Shown here: positions 17,250 through 27,035 of the stretch, one piece after another
Numbering within the stretch: position 1 is the first letter of the stretch
Layout: each line of letters starts with the position of its first letter
DNA from: a virus
Lineage: Duplodnaviria; Caudoviricetes
Virus record (IMG/VR): IMGVR_UViG_3300012157_000002
Span: 1-55,658 of that record
Length of the DNA stretch: 55,658 bases
Strand: one strand, 5' to 3'
Translations under genes and position numbers: made by a program
The notes under the pieces: generated by a model
Seen by the model: the letters and a program-made list of their open reading frames with translations, nothing else
What the model was told of the DNA's origin: nothing
Databases searched by the model: none

Positions 17250-18584
17250 TTACTTTGTCACGGCAGGTTGCAGAGACTTGATGAGTCCGCTGGCTTCCAT
17301 CAACCGGTAGTTGATAAGGCTGCCAGTCAGGCCGCCGCCACCATCACCAGGGCCTCCACCACTAACGATGACGGTTCCGGGGCCGGGCATCTGGGCGATC
17401 GCCTGGGCGATTCCGACCTTGGCCTTGGCTTCGATCTCCGCGAGCACGCGCTTCTCTTCCGAGATGCCGCCGCCAAGCTCGATCGCCTTCTGTTGAGCTT
17501 CAGCCGCCGAGATGGTGGCCTTCTTGTCCAGTTCAGCCGTGGACGCCTTGACGGCCGCGACCTTGTTCAGCATCTCGCTCTCTTGTTGAAGCTGGCCGGC
17601 GACTTCCACCTTCTGGCGGGCGGCGGTCACGGCACGGTCCTTCTCGATGACAGCGACTTCGGCTTGCTGCTGAGCCTGGATAACGGCTCGTTCCTTCTTC
17701 TGGTTCTCGTCAGCTTGCACTTCGGCGACCAGACGGCGGCCCTTCTCTTCGACCATCAAACGCTGCTGGACTTCTTCCTGTCGCTGCGCTTTCGACTTCT
17801 CGGCGTTCAGGTACGATTCCTTCTTGGCGGCGAACTGACGCAGTGTGGCTTCGTCGTACTCGGTCTCTGTGATAGAGAACTGGTTGATGCCCAAGTCGTA
17901 GTGAGCCAAGGGTGAGAACTGAACCACGATCGACTTGCCATCTTTGTCCAGCACGATTTCGGTGGCTTGGACTCGGGCCTTCTTTTCCTTCGTGATCTTG
18001 TTCCCTTGGGCGTCAACGCCGCCGTCTTCGATCTCGGATAAGTCGTCCAGTTCGATGGTCGTCCGACGCATCTTGAACAGACCCTTCACCAACTGCTCTT
18101 CGACGATCTGGTTGAACTCGGCCTTGCGGCTCGACTGATTCTCGCTCGCCGACATCACTGGGCCGCTGGCCTTCACGCAGTTGACCAAGTGGGCGCGAAT
18201 GGCCGTCTTGATGTTCTCCGGGTTGCCTTGGAAGTCCTGGTGCAGCAGCAGTCGCTTGTCGGTCGTCGTCGGAAGTTGTACGCGGACGTAGGCACCGATG
18301 TCGGCATTGCCGCTGTCATTGAACGTGACTCGGATGCTTTGGTCTTTCGTCTTGTCAACCGTGTGCTCGAACTTGGCTTCCATAACACGCGGATAGGTCC
18401 AGACGGTGCCGAAGCCTTTGTAGTAGTAGCCCGCTCGGTCAATGACCGTCGTGGTGCCGGTGACGCCTTGCAAAATCTGAAAGTCGGTGCTGTTGTTGTG
18501 ACCCAGAAGGCCAAAGCCCAGGATACAACCAACAATGAGAACCATCGCGGCGACAATGCCCGCCGCTGCAAACTTCACATTCAT
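17250..18584 (-). CDS. SPFH/band 7 domain membrane protein
   Basis: N-terminal TM helix, beta-rich domain (IRVTFNDSG), long Ala/Glu/Gln coiled coil. Confidence 0.75.
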   Translation of the reverse strand: MNVKFAAAGIVAAMVLIVGCILGFGLLGHNNSTDFQILQGVTGTTTVIDRAGYYYKGFGTVWTYPRVMEAKFEHTVDKTKDQSIRVTFNDSGNADIGAYVRVQLPTTTDKRLLLHQDFQGNPENIKTAIRAHLVNCVKASGPVMSASENQSSRKAEFNQIVEEQLVKGLFKMRRTTIELDDLSEIEDGGVDAQGNKITKEKKARVQATEIVLDKDGKSIVVQFSPLAHYDLGINQFSITETEYDEATLRQFAAKKESYLNAEKSKAQRQEEVQQRLMVEEKGRRLVAEVQADENQKKERAVIQAQQQAEVAVIEKDRAVTAARQKVEVAGQLQQESEMLNKVAAVKASTAELDKKATISAAEAQQKAIELGGGISEEKRVLAEIEAKAKVGIAQAIAQMPGPGTVIVSGGGPGDGGGGLTGSLINYRLMEASGLIKSLQPAVTK

Positions 18585-18640
18585 TCGGAACCTCTTCTAT
18601 GGGATAGGGTGTAACTCACGACTTGAATTGAGACTGGCAA

Positions 18641-18898
18641 CTACGAACCGCGACGGCGTTTGGCTGCACGGATTTCTTTCATAATCCGCCGCGCCTGATC
18701 CTTAGCCGTTTCGCGTGCCTCTTCCGTTTGTTCCTCAGCGACATGGATTCGTATGTTCATGTCGCCGACCTCGCTGGTGCCCTTCGTCCGCTCGATGAAG
18801 CGAGTGAATGCCGCGCTATTCACTAACGCCCGGTAAACGAAGAAGGCGATGGACAACAGGGCAAGGAAAAGAAGAGTCTCGAAGGCGTACCAGATCAT
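18641..18898 (-). CDS. small membrane protein
   Basis: N-terminal TM helix, upstream of the SPFH gene. Confidence 0.65.
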   Translation of the reverse strand: MIWYAFETLLFLALLSIAFFVYRALVNSAAFTRFIERTKGTSEVGDMNIRIHVAEEQTEEARETAKDQARRIMKEIRAAKRRRGS

Positions 18899-19461
18899 TT
18901 CGGCGGTCCAATTGTTTGGTGACGGAAGACGTGGGCGATCTCCATGCCTTGCAGCCCGAACAGTTCGTGCAGCAAGCGGAGAGACTGGTCGTTTGGTGTT
19001 CTGATCGCGTCAGGCACTGTGAGTGCCTTGAAGTAGGCGTCAGGATCAGTGGACAGCTTGTCGGCAAGGTGCCTCGTGCAGTCCTCCGCTCTGACTACAC
19101 TGACCTGGAACAGGTGGGCCAGGACAATCGCGGCTTCGCGGAAATATCCCGCCTGGACGGATGAGATAAACGTCTCATAGGTCATGGCCGGTGGCGTCTG
19201 CACAACCGTTCCGCCCTCGGACTGAACGACCTGGACCTTGGAGGGATCAGCTTTCACTGGCTCGGACACATCAGGCATGACGCTTAGGATGATGCTCAGA
19301 TCGCGGAGCTTGTCGGCGAGGTCATAAACCTCGTTGTGCAGGCCAAGGTCAGCGCCGCTGGACGACTCCAGGAAGCCCTCTTCATTCTCGATGACGTACT
19401 CGGACAGCCTCGCAGCGAGCAGGGCTTGAGCCTTCTTCAGGATGGAGACTGCCTTGCTCAT
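18895..19461 (-). CDS. hypothetical protein
   Basis: coupled overlaps at both ends. Confidence 0.7.
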   Translation of the reverse strand: MSKAVSILKKAQALLAARLSEYVIENEEGFLESSSGADLGLHNEVYDLADKLRDLSIILSVMPDVSEPVKADPSKVQVVQSEGGTVVQTPPAMTYETFISSVQAGYFREAAIVLAHLFQVSVVRAEDCTRHLADKLSTDPDAYFKALTVPDAIRTPNDQSLRLLHELFGLQGMEIAHVFRHQTIGPPK

Positions 19462-19832
19462 AATCCTAGTGCTACTTTCTCTTTATCCGTGAGCTTGCTG
19501 AGGCCGGCTTGGCGGTAGCCTTCGGCTTCTTTCCAGGCAGCGAGATCGGCTCGGAACTTGGCGACGATTTCGTCGTAGATCGCTTTGACCGCTTCCTTGG
19601 TGCCTCGGCCGGTGCCGGCGCAGGCTTTGCAGTGGTAGCGCGGCGCGAGCTTGTAGCCTTCGACGACATCTCGGTCGGCGGGGTCGTAATACCAGCCTCT
19701 TCCGCTGCAAGGGATGCAGGGCCAGAAGGTGGGGTCGTTGAGCTTTGCTTCTCGCAGTGACCATCCCCATTGCTTGACGAGGAAGTCTCGGAGACTTCGG
19801 TATCGTCGCTCGGGTCGGCGGGTCTCGGGCAT
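19458..19832 (-). CDS. DnaJ-type Zn-finger protein
   Basis: CIPCSGRG and CKACAGTG. Confidence 0.7.
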   Translation of the reverse strand: MPETRRPERRYRSLRDFLVKQWGWSLREAKLNDPTFWPCIPCSGRGWYYDPADRDVVEGYKLAPRYHCKACAGTGRGTKEAVKAIYDEIVAKFRADLAAWKEAEGYRQAGLSKLTDKEKVALGL

Positions 19833-20194
19833 AGCATTAGGATCAAAGAGGGGTCCGCCTCGCGGCGGACCCACAACGGGATGTACCAAAAGACCTCGGG
19901 CGCACGAATCCGTAGCGTGGCGAGGCGCGAGTCCCGGCGGCCGTCAGAATGGCTGAGCTTGACGAAGGCGTCCCAAAGCCGCTTATGCCTCTCGCATGCC
20001 TGGGCGGCGCGCTTGAACTTTCCAATCGACTTGTGCGGTGGATTTCCTTGGACGAAGTTCCACCACCTGCCGTCGCCCTTCTCCACCAGGACTGTGGCAC
20101 AGTATGTGTGACGGAGGGTTATGCAATAGTTCTTGCATTCGGAGACCCATCGTCGGGTCTCCGACCCTTTTGGCTTCTTACGTTTGAAGTCCAT
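19472..20194 (-). CDS. hypothetical protein with a low-complexity tail overlapping the next gene
   Basis: start coupled to the upstream stop (TAATG). Confidence 0.55.
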   Translation of the reverse strand: MDFKRKKPKGSETRRWVSECKNYCITLRHTYCATVLVEKGDGRWWNFVQGNPPHKSIGKFKRAAQACERHKRLWDAFVKLSHSDGRRDSRLATLRIRAPEVFWYIPLWVRREADPSLILMLCPRPADPSDDTEVSETSSSSNGDGHCEKQSSTTPPSGPASLAAEEAGITTPPTEMSSKATSSRRATTAKPAPAPAEAPRKRSKRSTTKSSPSSEPISLPGKKPKATAKPASASSRIKRK

Positions 20195-20690
20195 TACGAC
20201 TTTATGGCGCGGGCGGCCTGCAATCGAATCGAGTCGAGAGACGCCAACAGATCGGCGACGTTGCTATTGGCGACGAGATTCTCTTGCTCTAAGGCGTTGA
20301 TACGAGCTTGGAGCGTGGCGATCTCAGCCTGAAGGGTTACGATCTTCGTGTTCATGGTTCGGTCTCTTGCAAGCCCGGATGTTCGCAGTGCGTGGGCCGG
20401 GCTACAGCCGACGACTGGGCGCGTGTTCTATTTCTTGACCACAACGCAGGTGTGCAGATTCTTCAGCGTGATCCGTCGCTGCATGGTGTCACCAGGCTTG
20501 TAGCCGATGATCCTGTTGACGTGGACCTGGGTGACGACGATCTTGTCTAGCCACAGTTGGCTGCCGCCACGAACGGCGTAAACAACGGTGTTACCGACGT
20601 TGATGGCTTGGCCAACGAAGTCGAGCGTGGCGGTGACGGTGGGAGTCGAGGTCTCGGTCGCGTTCATGGTTTCTCTCATATGGGTCACGG

Positions 20691-20720
20691 GTGCTACACC
20701 GACCTTGCCTTGGTGGGCAA
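20691..20720 (-). promoter_or_regulatory. bipartite promoter-like motif TTGCCCA-N13-GGTGTAGCAC
   Basis: intergenic; same spacing as the other copies. Confidence 0.7.
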
Positions 20721-20721
20721 C

Positions 20722-21240
20722 TCAGGCGGCGAATTTCTTTAGATGGACGTACTTCCAGATTTTCCGGTGGCGTATAGCGGAGATCAGCGACGGTGAGACG
20801 CCGTGTCTGGTTGCAAGGGTTACACCTGTTTCGCGGCTTGTGAGGATTGAGATGACATCTCGCTCACGGAGCTTTGCGCAGTTATGGTCTTCGCCGCCGA
20901 CTTTTGCAGAGCGTCCCTTGGCAACCATGTCTTCCGAGTTGTCGGCGTTTGATCCAAGGAAGAGATGCTTAGGATTACAACAGCGGTAGTTGTCGCAGGT
21001 GTGGCAAACCAGCCTCCGTCCCGGTTGCCGGCCTGTTGCCAGGAAGTACGCGATACGATGAGCGCGATAATTCTTCGAGCGAAGTTTGAATTGACCGTAC
21101 CCGGAATCAAGCAAGTAACCTTCCCATTCCCAGCAGTCGTCTCTTCCGCGTCGGTCAACCATCGCATAGAAGGCCGCAAGTCGCGTGGGACTAGGCTGCG
21201 GAATTTCTTTGCCGAGGTTGGAGTTTGATCTTGTGCTCAT
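20722..21240 (-). CDS. HNH homing endonuclease
   Basis: CWEWEG...GYG...AHR...CHTCDNYRCCNPKHL..GSNADN..DM. Confidence 0.92.
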   Translation of the reverse strand: MSTRSNSNLGKEIPQPSPTRLAAFYAMVDRRGRDDCWEWEGYLLDSGYGQFKLRSKNYRAHRIAYFLATGRQPGRRLVCHTCDNYRCCNPKHLFLGSNADNSEDMVAKGRSAKVGGEDHNCAKLRERDVISILTSRETGVTLATRHGVSPSLISAIRHRKIWKYVHLKKFAA

Positions 21241-22003
21241 CAGCGATCTTCTGGCAGTACATTGAGTCAAGTTCGATCAGCGTGCAGTCTCGATTGATCC
21301 GCTTGCACACTCTCAGGGTTGTGCCAGTGCCGCCAAATGGATCAAGAACACTGCCGCCTTCCGGCGTACTCAGCTTGATGCATCGCTCCACGAGTTCCTC
21401 GTGAAGCTGCGTCGGGTGGTAGGCACGACGTTGTTTGCTGTTACCTGTGACTCGTGGAAAGTCAAAAACATCACCGGGGAACGGTCCAGCGTCGAGGTCG
21501 ATTGCGGCCCCATCGTTCGCCGAGTCGTTACCAAAAACATCCCCAGGGACTCGGCCACCCGGTTTCGCCCGCTTGTCGCCGTGCCGCTCACGCCACGACG
21601 GCACCTTAATGGCGTCGGGATACAGCGGGGCGTCCTTGTGCTTCAATCGCCAGAGCGGGCGATGGTTGTTACCTAGGTCGTTCTTGTTGTGCTGGCCGAA
21701 GGTGAAGACCTGGACGCACGGCTTGGCTTCCCACTCGGGGTTGAGCGACAAGATGTGATCGACGACTGCCCCGTAGGCCAACGTCCACCGCGAATTAAAG
21801 CTCATCCACACAACGGGTGCAGTACGCATGAACGCGATGGTCCAGTCGTGGAGCAGGTTGCGGTAGGCGGTCTCAGATAGCCGGTCGTCGTAGTGGTCGT
21901 AGCCCAGGCCGATGTTGTCCGGCGGATCGGCGAAGATGGCGTCCACCGGGTCGAGCTTCTTGAGCACTTCCAGGCAGTCGCCGTTAAACAGTCGGTGCTT
22001 CAC
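21191..22003 (-). CDS. N4/N6 DNA methyltransferase (beta class)
   Basis: GDCLE, FADPPD, HPTQ, VLDPFGGTGTT. Confidence 0.9.
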   Translation of the reverse strand: MKHRLFNGDCLEVLKKLDPVDAIFADPPDNIGLGYDHYDDRLSETAYRNLLHDWTIAFMRTAPVVWMSFNSRWTLAYGAVVDHILSLNPEWEAKPCVQVFTFGQHNKNDLGNNHRPLWRLKHKDAPLYPDAIKVPSWRERHGDKRAKPGGRVPGDVFGNDSANDGAAIDLDAGPFPGDVFDFPRVTGNSKQRRAYHPTQLHEELVERCIKLSTPEGGSVLDPFGGTGTTLRVCKRINRDCTLIELDSMYCQKIADEHKIKLQPRQRNSAA

Positions 22004-22993
22004 TGATGCCTCTGCTGATTGCTTCAGCTTCTTTGAGCTTGCGATCCCACTTATCCATCAGCAGGCCGGCGTGGTTGTAAAGATTTCGGGCGGATTCCAG
22101 ATTGGCCCGTGCGATCTCGATGTCCTTGAGACGGAGAGCGGCCCGGAGACCTGCGGCCTCGGGGTTCGCCAAGATTTCGTTCAGGTGACTTTGGAATTGT
22201 TCGTCGTTCATAACTTCACGCGGTCTCCGTTGCACAGGACGTGCAGGAAGGGTTCGTCGGCGTAGCTCAGTTCCCAGAAGTCCAGCGGATGTCGCCAGAA
22301 CTCCAGACCACAAGTGCAGATGCAGTCCTTGGAGGCCCGGTAGTCCTCGCCGCTCGCGGCCGGCAGAGGGCCGTGGATCACTCCAGAACCTCGATCGGCT
22401 TGATAGAGAAGTAGAGACGCCGTTCCCCTCGGACGGTCCCATGCGTCTGGCCATACTGCTCGTGCCACTCATCCAGGGTGAAGTTGCCTTCCAGGTATCG
22501 ACGGGCATCTTCCTTGGTGTCGAAGAGCTTTATCGCCACATAGCTGTCCGGGCTGCGTGTACGCGCCTCAAGAGACAGAATGTATTTCGTCGTGGTCGCC
22601 GGCTTGTTCACCATGAGATTGCGATGACCTCGTATTCGTTCCAGAACTCGTCGCCCATTCCGCCATCAGCGGTGGTTCGCCAGTCCATGTGCCCACGCCC
22701 AGCGAGTTCGGCAGTAAAGCCCGCGCTGTGCAGCTTAGCGAGAAGGTCGGCCTTGATGTCTCTATCCTCGTACTGCGTGCGCTCATCGCACGTCGTCTCG
22801 CCTCGCTCGCAGGCTCGCCTGATCTGTTCTTCGACCAAGCCATATCGCTTGTCGAAGATGGCCTTCTTCGCCGCCTTCTTGGCTTTGGACTCCGCGACGG
22901 TTCGGACGGCCCAGGAGATGGTGTCTGCCTTCCGTTTGGCGTCGGCAGCCGGCTTCGACTTCTTGGTCAGCTTCTTGGCTTCTTTGGCGTTCA

Positions 22994-23308
22994 TCAGTAG
23001 CAATCCGGGAGTGCAGGGTATGGATGGTCCCAGCCTGTTGGGCGGATGCGGTGCTCACCCGGTTCGCCGTACCATTCGGTTCCATCACCGCAGCAGTCGC
23101 AGACTTGAACTTCGTGGTACAACTCGCAGCGTGGGCACGGTGTTGAGATGTTGCAGGCGCAGTGCAGTCGTTCGATGGTCGCGTTCCGTGCGCCGATCCA
23201 GTCCAGCACGACGTTGTGGTCGCCCGTGGTGTCAAATCTTTGCCGAACTTCATCCTCAACCTGATCCAGGTTGAGGAAGCCCGTGCCAGAGCAGCGTGTG
23301 CAGTTCAT
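22994..23308 (-). CDS. Cys-rich Zn-finger protein
   Basis: CTRCSGTG, CAC...CPRC, CDCCGDG. Confidence 0.7.
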   Translation of the reverse strand: MNCTRCSGTGFLNLDQVEDEVRQRFDTTGDHNVVLDWIGARNATIERLHCACNISTPCPRCELYHEVQVCDCCGDGTEWYGEPGEHRIRPTGWDHPYPALPDCY

Positions 23309-23884
23309 CGGCCGAAAGGATTCCTTTCGTACTCTTCGGCCTTCTGGATGTACTTGTAGGACGCGAGTTCGTAGGCGACCTGATCGCCAATGTGCTGGGC
23401 CAGGTACATCAGGTCTTTTCGGTCGCGATGGCCGCCAAAGAGTCGCGGGCAGACCCGGATCGTGACCTCGTAATGTTCACTGCCACTTAGGTCACGACGC
23501 CATCGAACGTGAGACAGTTCGCCGACGATCTTCTCGACTCGGGCGTCCTTCTCGGCGAGCTTGTCTTCGCACTCGCGTCGGACGGCGTTGGCCTTATGGT
23601 CCTGTTCCTTCTTGAGCAAGTCGGCCCGCGCCAGGTGACTATCACGTTCATCTTCGACCGTCTGCAACTTTCGTTTGGTCTCGATCAGCGTGGCGCGGGC
23701 ATAGGCCAAAAACGCGACCATAGCCAGCATGATTGCGGCCGGAATAATGTCGTAGATCATACAATTCCCAACGCTCGCAGGATCAGAAGCACGACGCAGG
23801 CCACGAACATGCCACCAAGGAAGATGGCAATGAGGGCACAACCCACAATGATTTCGAGTCCGTCAAGCATGGTTTGTTGTTCCT

Positions 23885-23996
23885 AACGCTGGTCGGAGTC
23901 CCCTTCGCACGGGTTAATGCCCGTACTGAGGCCAAGGCACACCTGCTCCCGACTTCCCTTGGTCAATGGCCAGGGCGTCCCGAGGCCATCAGCGTT
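23885..23996 (-). ncRNA. candidate structured RNA, unassigned
   Basis: closing stem AACGCUG/CAGCGUU with three internal hairpins and a possible pseudoknot; fills the intergenic gap. Confidence 0.6.
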
Positions 23997-23998
23997 CT

Positions 23999-24544
23999 TT
24001 ATCTGTTGTCGCCGTCACCCTTGATGGTGCCGGCTTGCTTGCGGGTGAAGAGCTTCTTGATGTTGTCGTGGCACACGTCTTCGAGCGTGGTGCCCAGCTT
24101 CACAGCCAGAGCGGCGCAGATCGAAATGATCGTTCTCAGGAAGCCAGCGATGCACTGACGCCGATCCTCGGTCCCACCGTGGGTTCGCCAATCATCCGCG
24201 ATGTCCGCGATCATCCCGGCCCGGTTGTTGAGCAGCAGGATCAGCCCGAAGATGTCCCGGCGTTCGGTGAAGCTCATGTTCTCCAGGGCTTCGACGGCAA
24301 TCGGCCGAAGCTCCAATCCCAGGTCACTCGCCAAGCCCGAGACGTACCAAAGCACGTCGCCAAGCTCGGCCCGCAGATCGTCGCGCCGCTGCTCCAGCGT
24401 CACATCGCCGCGAAGGATTTTCTTGACCTTGTTGGCGAGTTCGCCCACTTCGCCGCAGAGTCCCAGAGCCGTGTAGTACACGCTTGCCGACGCTGGGTAG
24501 ATGGCCGTCGTCCGAGCGGCCCGCTGGTACTCACTAACCTGCAT
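23999..24544 (-). CDS. MazG-like NTP pyrophosphohydrolase
   Basis: YQ.AA..TA.Y, LGLCGEVGELANKVKK, ELGDVLWY, NIKKL..R..G.IKGDGD.R; internal degenerate repeat. Confidence 0.9.
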   Translation of the reverse strand: MQVSEYQRAARTTAIYPASASVYYTALGLCGEVGELANKVKKILRGDVTLEQRRDDLRAELGDVLWYVSGLASDLGLELRPIAVEALENMSFTERRDIFGLILLLNNRAGMIADIADDWRTHGGTEDRRQCIAGFLRTIISICAALAVKLGTTLEDVCHDNIKKLFTRKQAGTIKGDGDNR

Positions 24545-24926
24545 ACTTGCTGCCCCGTTCGATGTTATGCTCTTCGTGTCGGTTGAAGCCGAACGCTTCC
24601 CGAGCAGCGTTGAACACGATGCTGGGGCTGAACGGCTTGCAGGAATACACGTCGAGTGTGATGAAGTGCGTGGGTTCGATGCTGTGAATCTGGATGCCCG
24701 ACTCGATGAGCGGAACCCAGCCCGAGACACCTGCCTTGTCCGGGTACTTTTCCTCGCCGAACTCGTTGCGAGGCCCGTGGATAACGAACGGCTGCGACAT
24801 GCGGGTCATCCCGAGCTTGTCCACCAGTTCCTCAAGGAACCTATAGTGGAGTTCGAGATCGTCCGCCGCACCCTCGCGGCAGTCGTACATATCAAGCAGG
24901 TAGCTGTAGCCGAAGGGCTTGCTCAT
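24534..24926 (-). CDS. speD: S-adenosylmethionine decarboxylase proenzyme-like (pyruvoyl)
   Basis: GVSG...LIES, IH, LDVYSC.PF. Confidence 0.8.
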   Translation of the reverse strand: MSKPFGYSYLLDMYDCREGAADDLELHYRFLEELVDKLGMTRMSQPFVIHGPRNEFGEEKYPDKAGVSGWVPLIESGIQIHSIEPTHFITLDVYSCKPFSPSIVFNAAREAFGFNRHEEHNIERGSKYAG

Positions 24927-25141
24927 TTCTTCTTGGTGTCTTCAGGTGGAATGCGTGCTGCTCGCTGAGTACACATCTCGTCAGCGAACTTGGCCGCCCA
25001 TTCGGCGGCCTCGATCGGCCCGAGAATCCGGCCGGAGGCCGAAATCCCGGCCGCCGCGATCTCGGCGTAGATGTCCCAGACAAGTCGGCTGGTCGTGGTG
25101 TTGAGGTTGAACATTATGGTTCCCATGAAGGAGCGAGCTTC

Positions 25142-26515
25142 TCAGCCGTGAGTGCTACACCGATGGGTAGGTGGTTGGTGACTACAATCCACTGGCCCCT
25201 CCGCTTGCGGCTCATTCAGAATCTCCGTGATATTGTGTAGGGCGTCGGCACTGTTGTCGGAGTGCTTCAGCAGGTGCCCTTGCAGAGTGGCCATGCTGAA
25301 GCGATCGTCGCCGACCAGTTGGCCGAATTGGACGGCTTGTTCGTCGCGCCCTGGGTAGAACCGCAGGAACAGGCGACGAGCTTGATCTAGGTCCGCGTTG
25401 CCGATGACGAGCTTCACGTCGCAGCGGCCTGGTCGGATCAGGGCGGCGTCCAGCTTCTCCGGGAAGTTAGTGGTCATTACAAGAATTCGGCGTTCGGCCG
25501 CGACCACTCCATCAATCGCATTCAGCAAACCGGAGAAGGTAATCTTGCTGTCTTTGTTGTCGTTGTCCTTCTGGCGCTGCTCGTAGGCACAGTCGATGTC
25601 CTCGATCAGCACCACTGCATTCTCAGGCACGTTCGAGAGCATTTTCCGAAGCTCGTCGTCGCCAACGCCCGCACTGTTCAGGTTGAGAATGCAGATGTCT
25701 AGCTTGAGCGAAGACGCCAGGGCGAGTAGCAGTGACGACTTGCCATTACCGGGAGGGCCGTTCAACAGGTAGCCACGGCGATAAGGAATGCCCCGCTCGA
25801 CGTACCAATCCTCGCGACCTAGGAAGCGTTCCATGTCGGCCTTCAAGGCTTCGAGCACGCCTTCCGGCAGGATCACAGACTCCATTGGGCGTGGCCGACG
25901 TTTGATGTCGTTGGACCATTCGCCATAATGCGGTGTGTAAATCTTGACCCGGTTGTCTTCCGGCGGCTCAGATACGTCGCGAGCCTCTTCCATCAGGCGG
26001 AGGATGATGTCCCGACGCCAAGTCAGCACGCTGACGTTGTAAACCTCGCGTTCAACAATGGCACTAAGGCCACTGCCCCCTCCACCAACGCCTCCACCGC
26101 TCTGGGGTTCTTTGCGATCGCGCTTCACGATTAGGAAGTAGCCCTTCCACCAAAGCCAGTGCGTGCCTGGGGCCGGCGACAGAATGATTGTGGGCTTATC
26201 ACAGTCACCCACAAACGAAGGGTGGTCGCGGCGGCCCTTGCGGACCGTGCGAACCGACAGCCACCGTGCCCAGTTCTTGGAGTAGGGTTGCTCGGCCAGC
26301 CAGTCGTTGAACCAGTAGAATGCGTCGTCCTTCATGGAGATTTCAAATTCCATGAACATACGCTGCGTGAGCCAGTTCCATAGTTGGCCGGGAAGGTTGC
26401 GACAGATCGCCGCCACGGCACCGATCACCATCAGCACAGCACCGCCACTGAGGAACTGATTGTTCTCAAGCTGCTGCTTGAGGGCTGTCCACACTTGGTC
26501 AAGAAGAGCTTCCAT
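25142..26515 (-). CDS. BCS1-like AAA+ ATPase
   Basis: N-terminal TM (NNQFLSGG), LSPAPGTH, GIPYRRGYLL.GPPGNGKSS, LIEDID, FSGLLNAIDG, MTTN, ALIRPGRCD. Confidence 0.92.
   Translation of the reverse strand: MEALLDQVWTALKQQLENNQFLSGGAVLMVIGAVAAICRNLPGQLWNWLTQRMFMEFEISMKDDAFYWFNDWLAEQPYSKNWARWLSVRTVRKGRRDHPSFVGDCDKPTIILSPAPGTHWLWWKGYFLIVKRDRKEPQSGGGVGGGGSGLSAIVEREVYNVSVLTWRRDIILRLMEEARDVSEPPEDNRVKIYTPHYGEWSNDIKRRPRPMESVILPEGVLEALKADMERFLGREDWYVERGIPYRRGYLLNGPPGNGKSSLLLALASSLKLDICILNLNSAGVGDDELRKMLSNVPENAVVLIEDIDCAYEQRQKDNDNKDSKITFSGLLNAIDGVVAAERRILVMTTNFPEKLDAALIRPGRCDVKLVIGNADLDQARRLFLRFYPGRDEQAVQFGQLVGDDRFSMATLQGHLLKHSDNSADALHNITEILNEPQAEGPVDCSHQPPTHRCSTHG
25152..25182 (-). promoter_or_regulatory. 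bipartite promoter-like motif GTCACCA-N14-GGTGTAGCAC
   Basis: at the 3' end of the AAA gene, about 25 nt before the next ATG. Confidence 0.65.
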
Positions 26516-27035
26516 TGATTGCCTGGATCACCGCCGGTGCGCGGAGCGTGAAGGTAAGAGTCGGGAAGAGATCGCCTTCGACGATCACATCATCAGGCTG
26601 TTGCCAGCCCAGGTTGAAAGAGACTGATGCTCCTGGTGGGACCGGAGCCTGCGAGAGCATCTCGAAGAGCTTGGCGAGGCTGTCGCCTGTTATCTTGGAC
26701 TCGCGTATGCGAGCCATAGCGGCTTGGTTAATAGGCATCCCCCACCTTGTCGATGGCGAAGCCGGGCGGGAGACGGGAGACGCCCAGGGCCTTCTTGATA
26801 AGGCTGCGGGCCTCGGACCGAGTGAAGGCTTTGACTATCCCGCGTTTCCCAAGGCTGATCGGGTAAGTCCAGACAATAGGTTGCTTCTTGTCCTCGTCGG
26901 AGATCAGCCCGGCTGCCGCCATGTCCCGTCGGAACTTTCGGCTAAGAAACGCATTGGTTTCGGCGACGGAGGACTTCTTGGGCTTCTGCGGAGTGGCAGT
27001 CGCCAAGTAGTGGTGCATACGGTCGTTGCGAGCCA

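Noticed and set aside
23885-23996. hammerhead ribozyme (contains CUGAUG)
   Set aside because: Lacks CUGAUGA followed by stem II and GAAA; kept as an unassigned structure.
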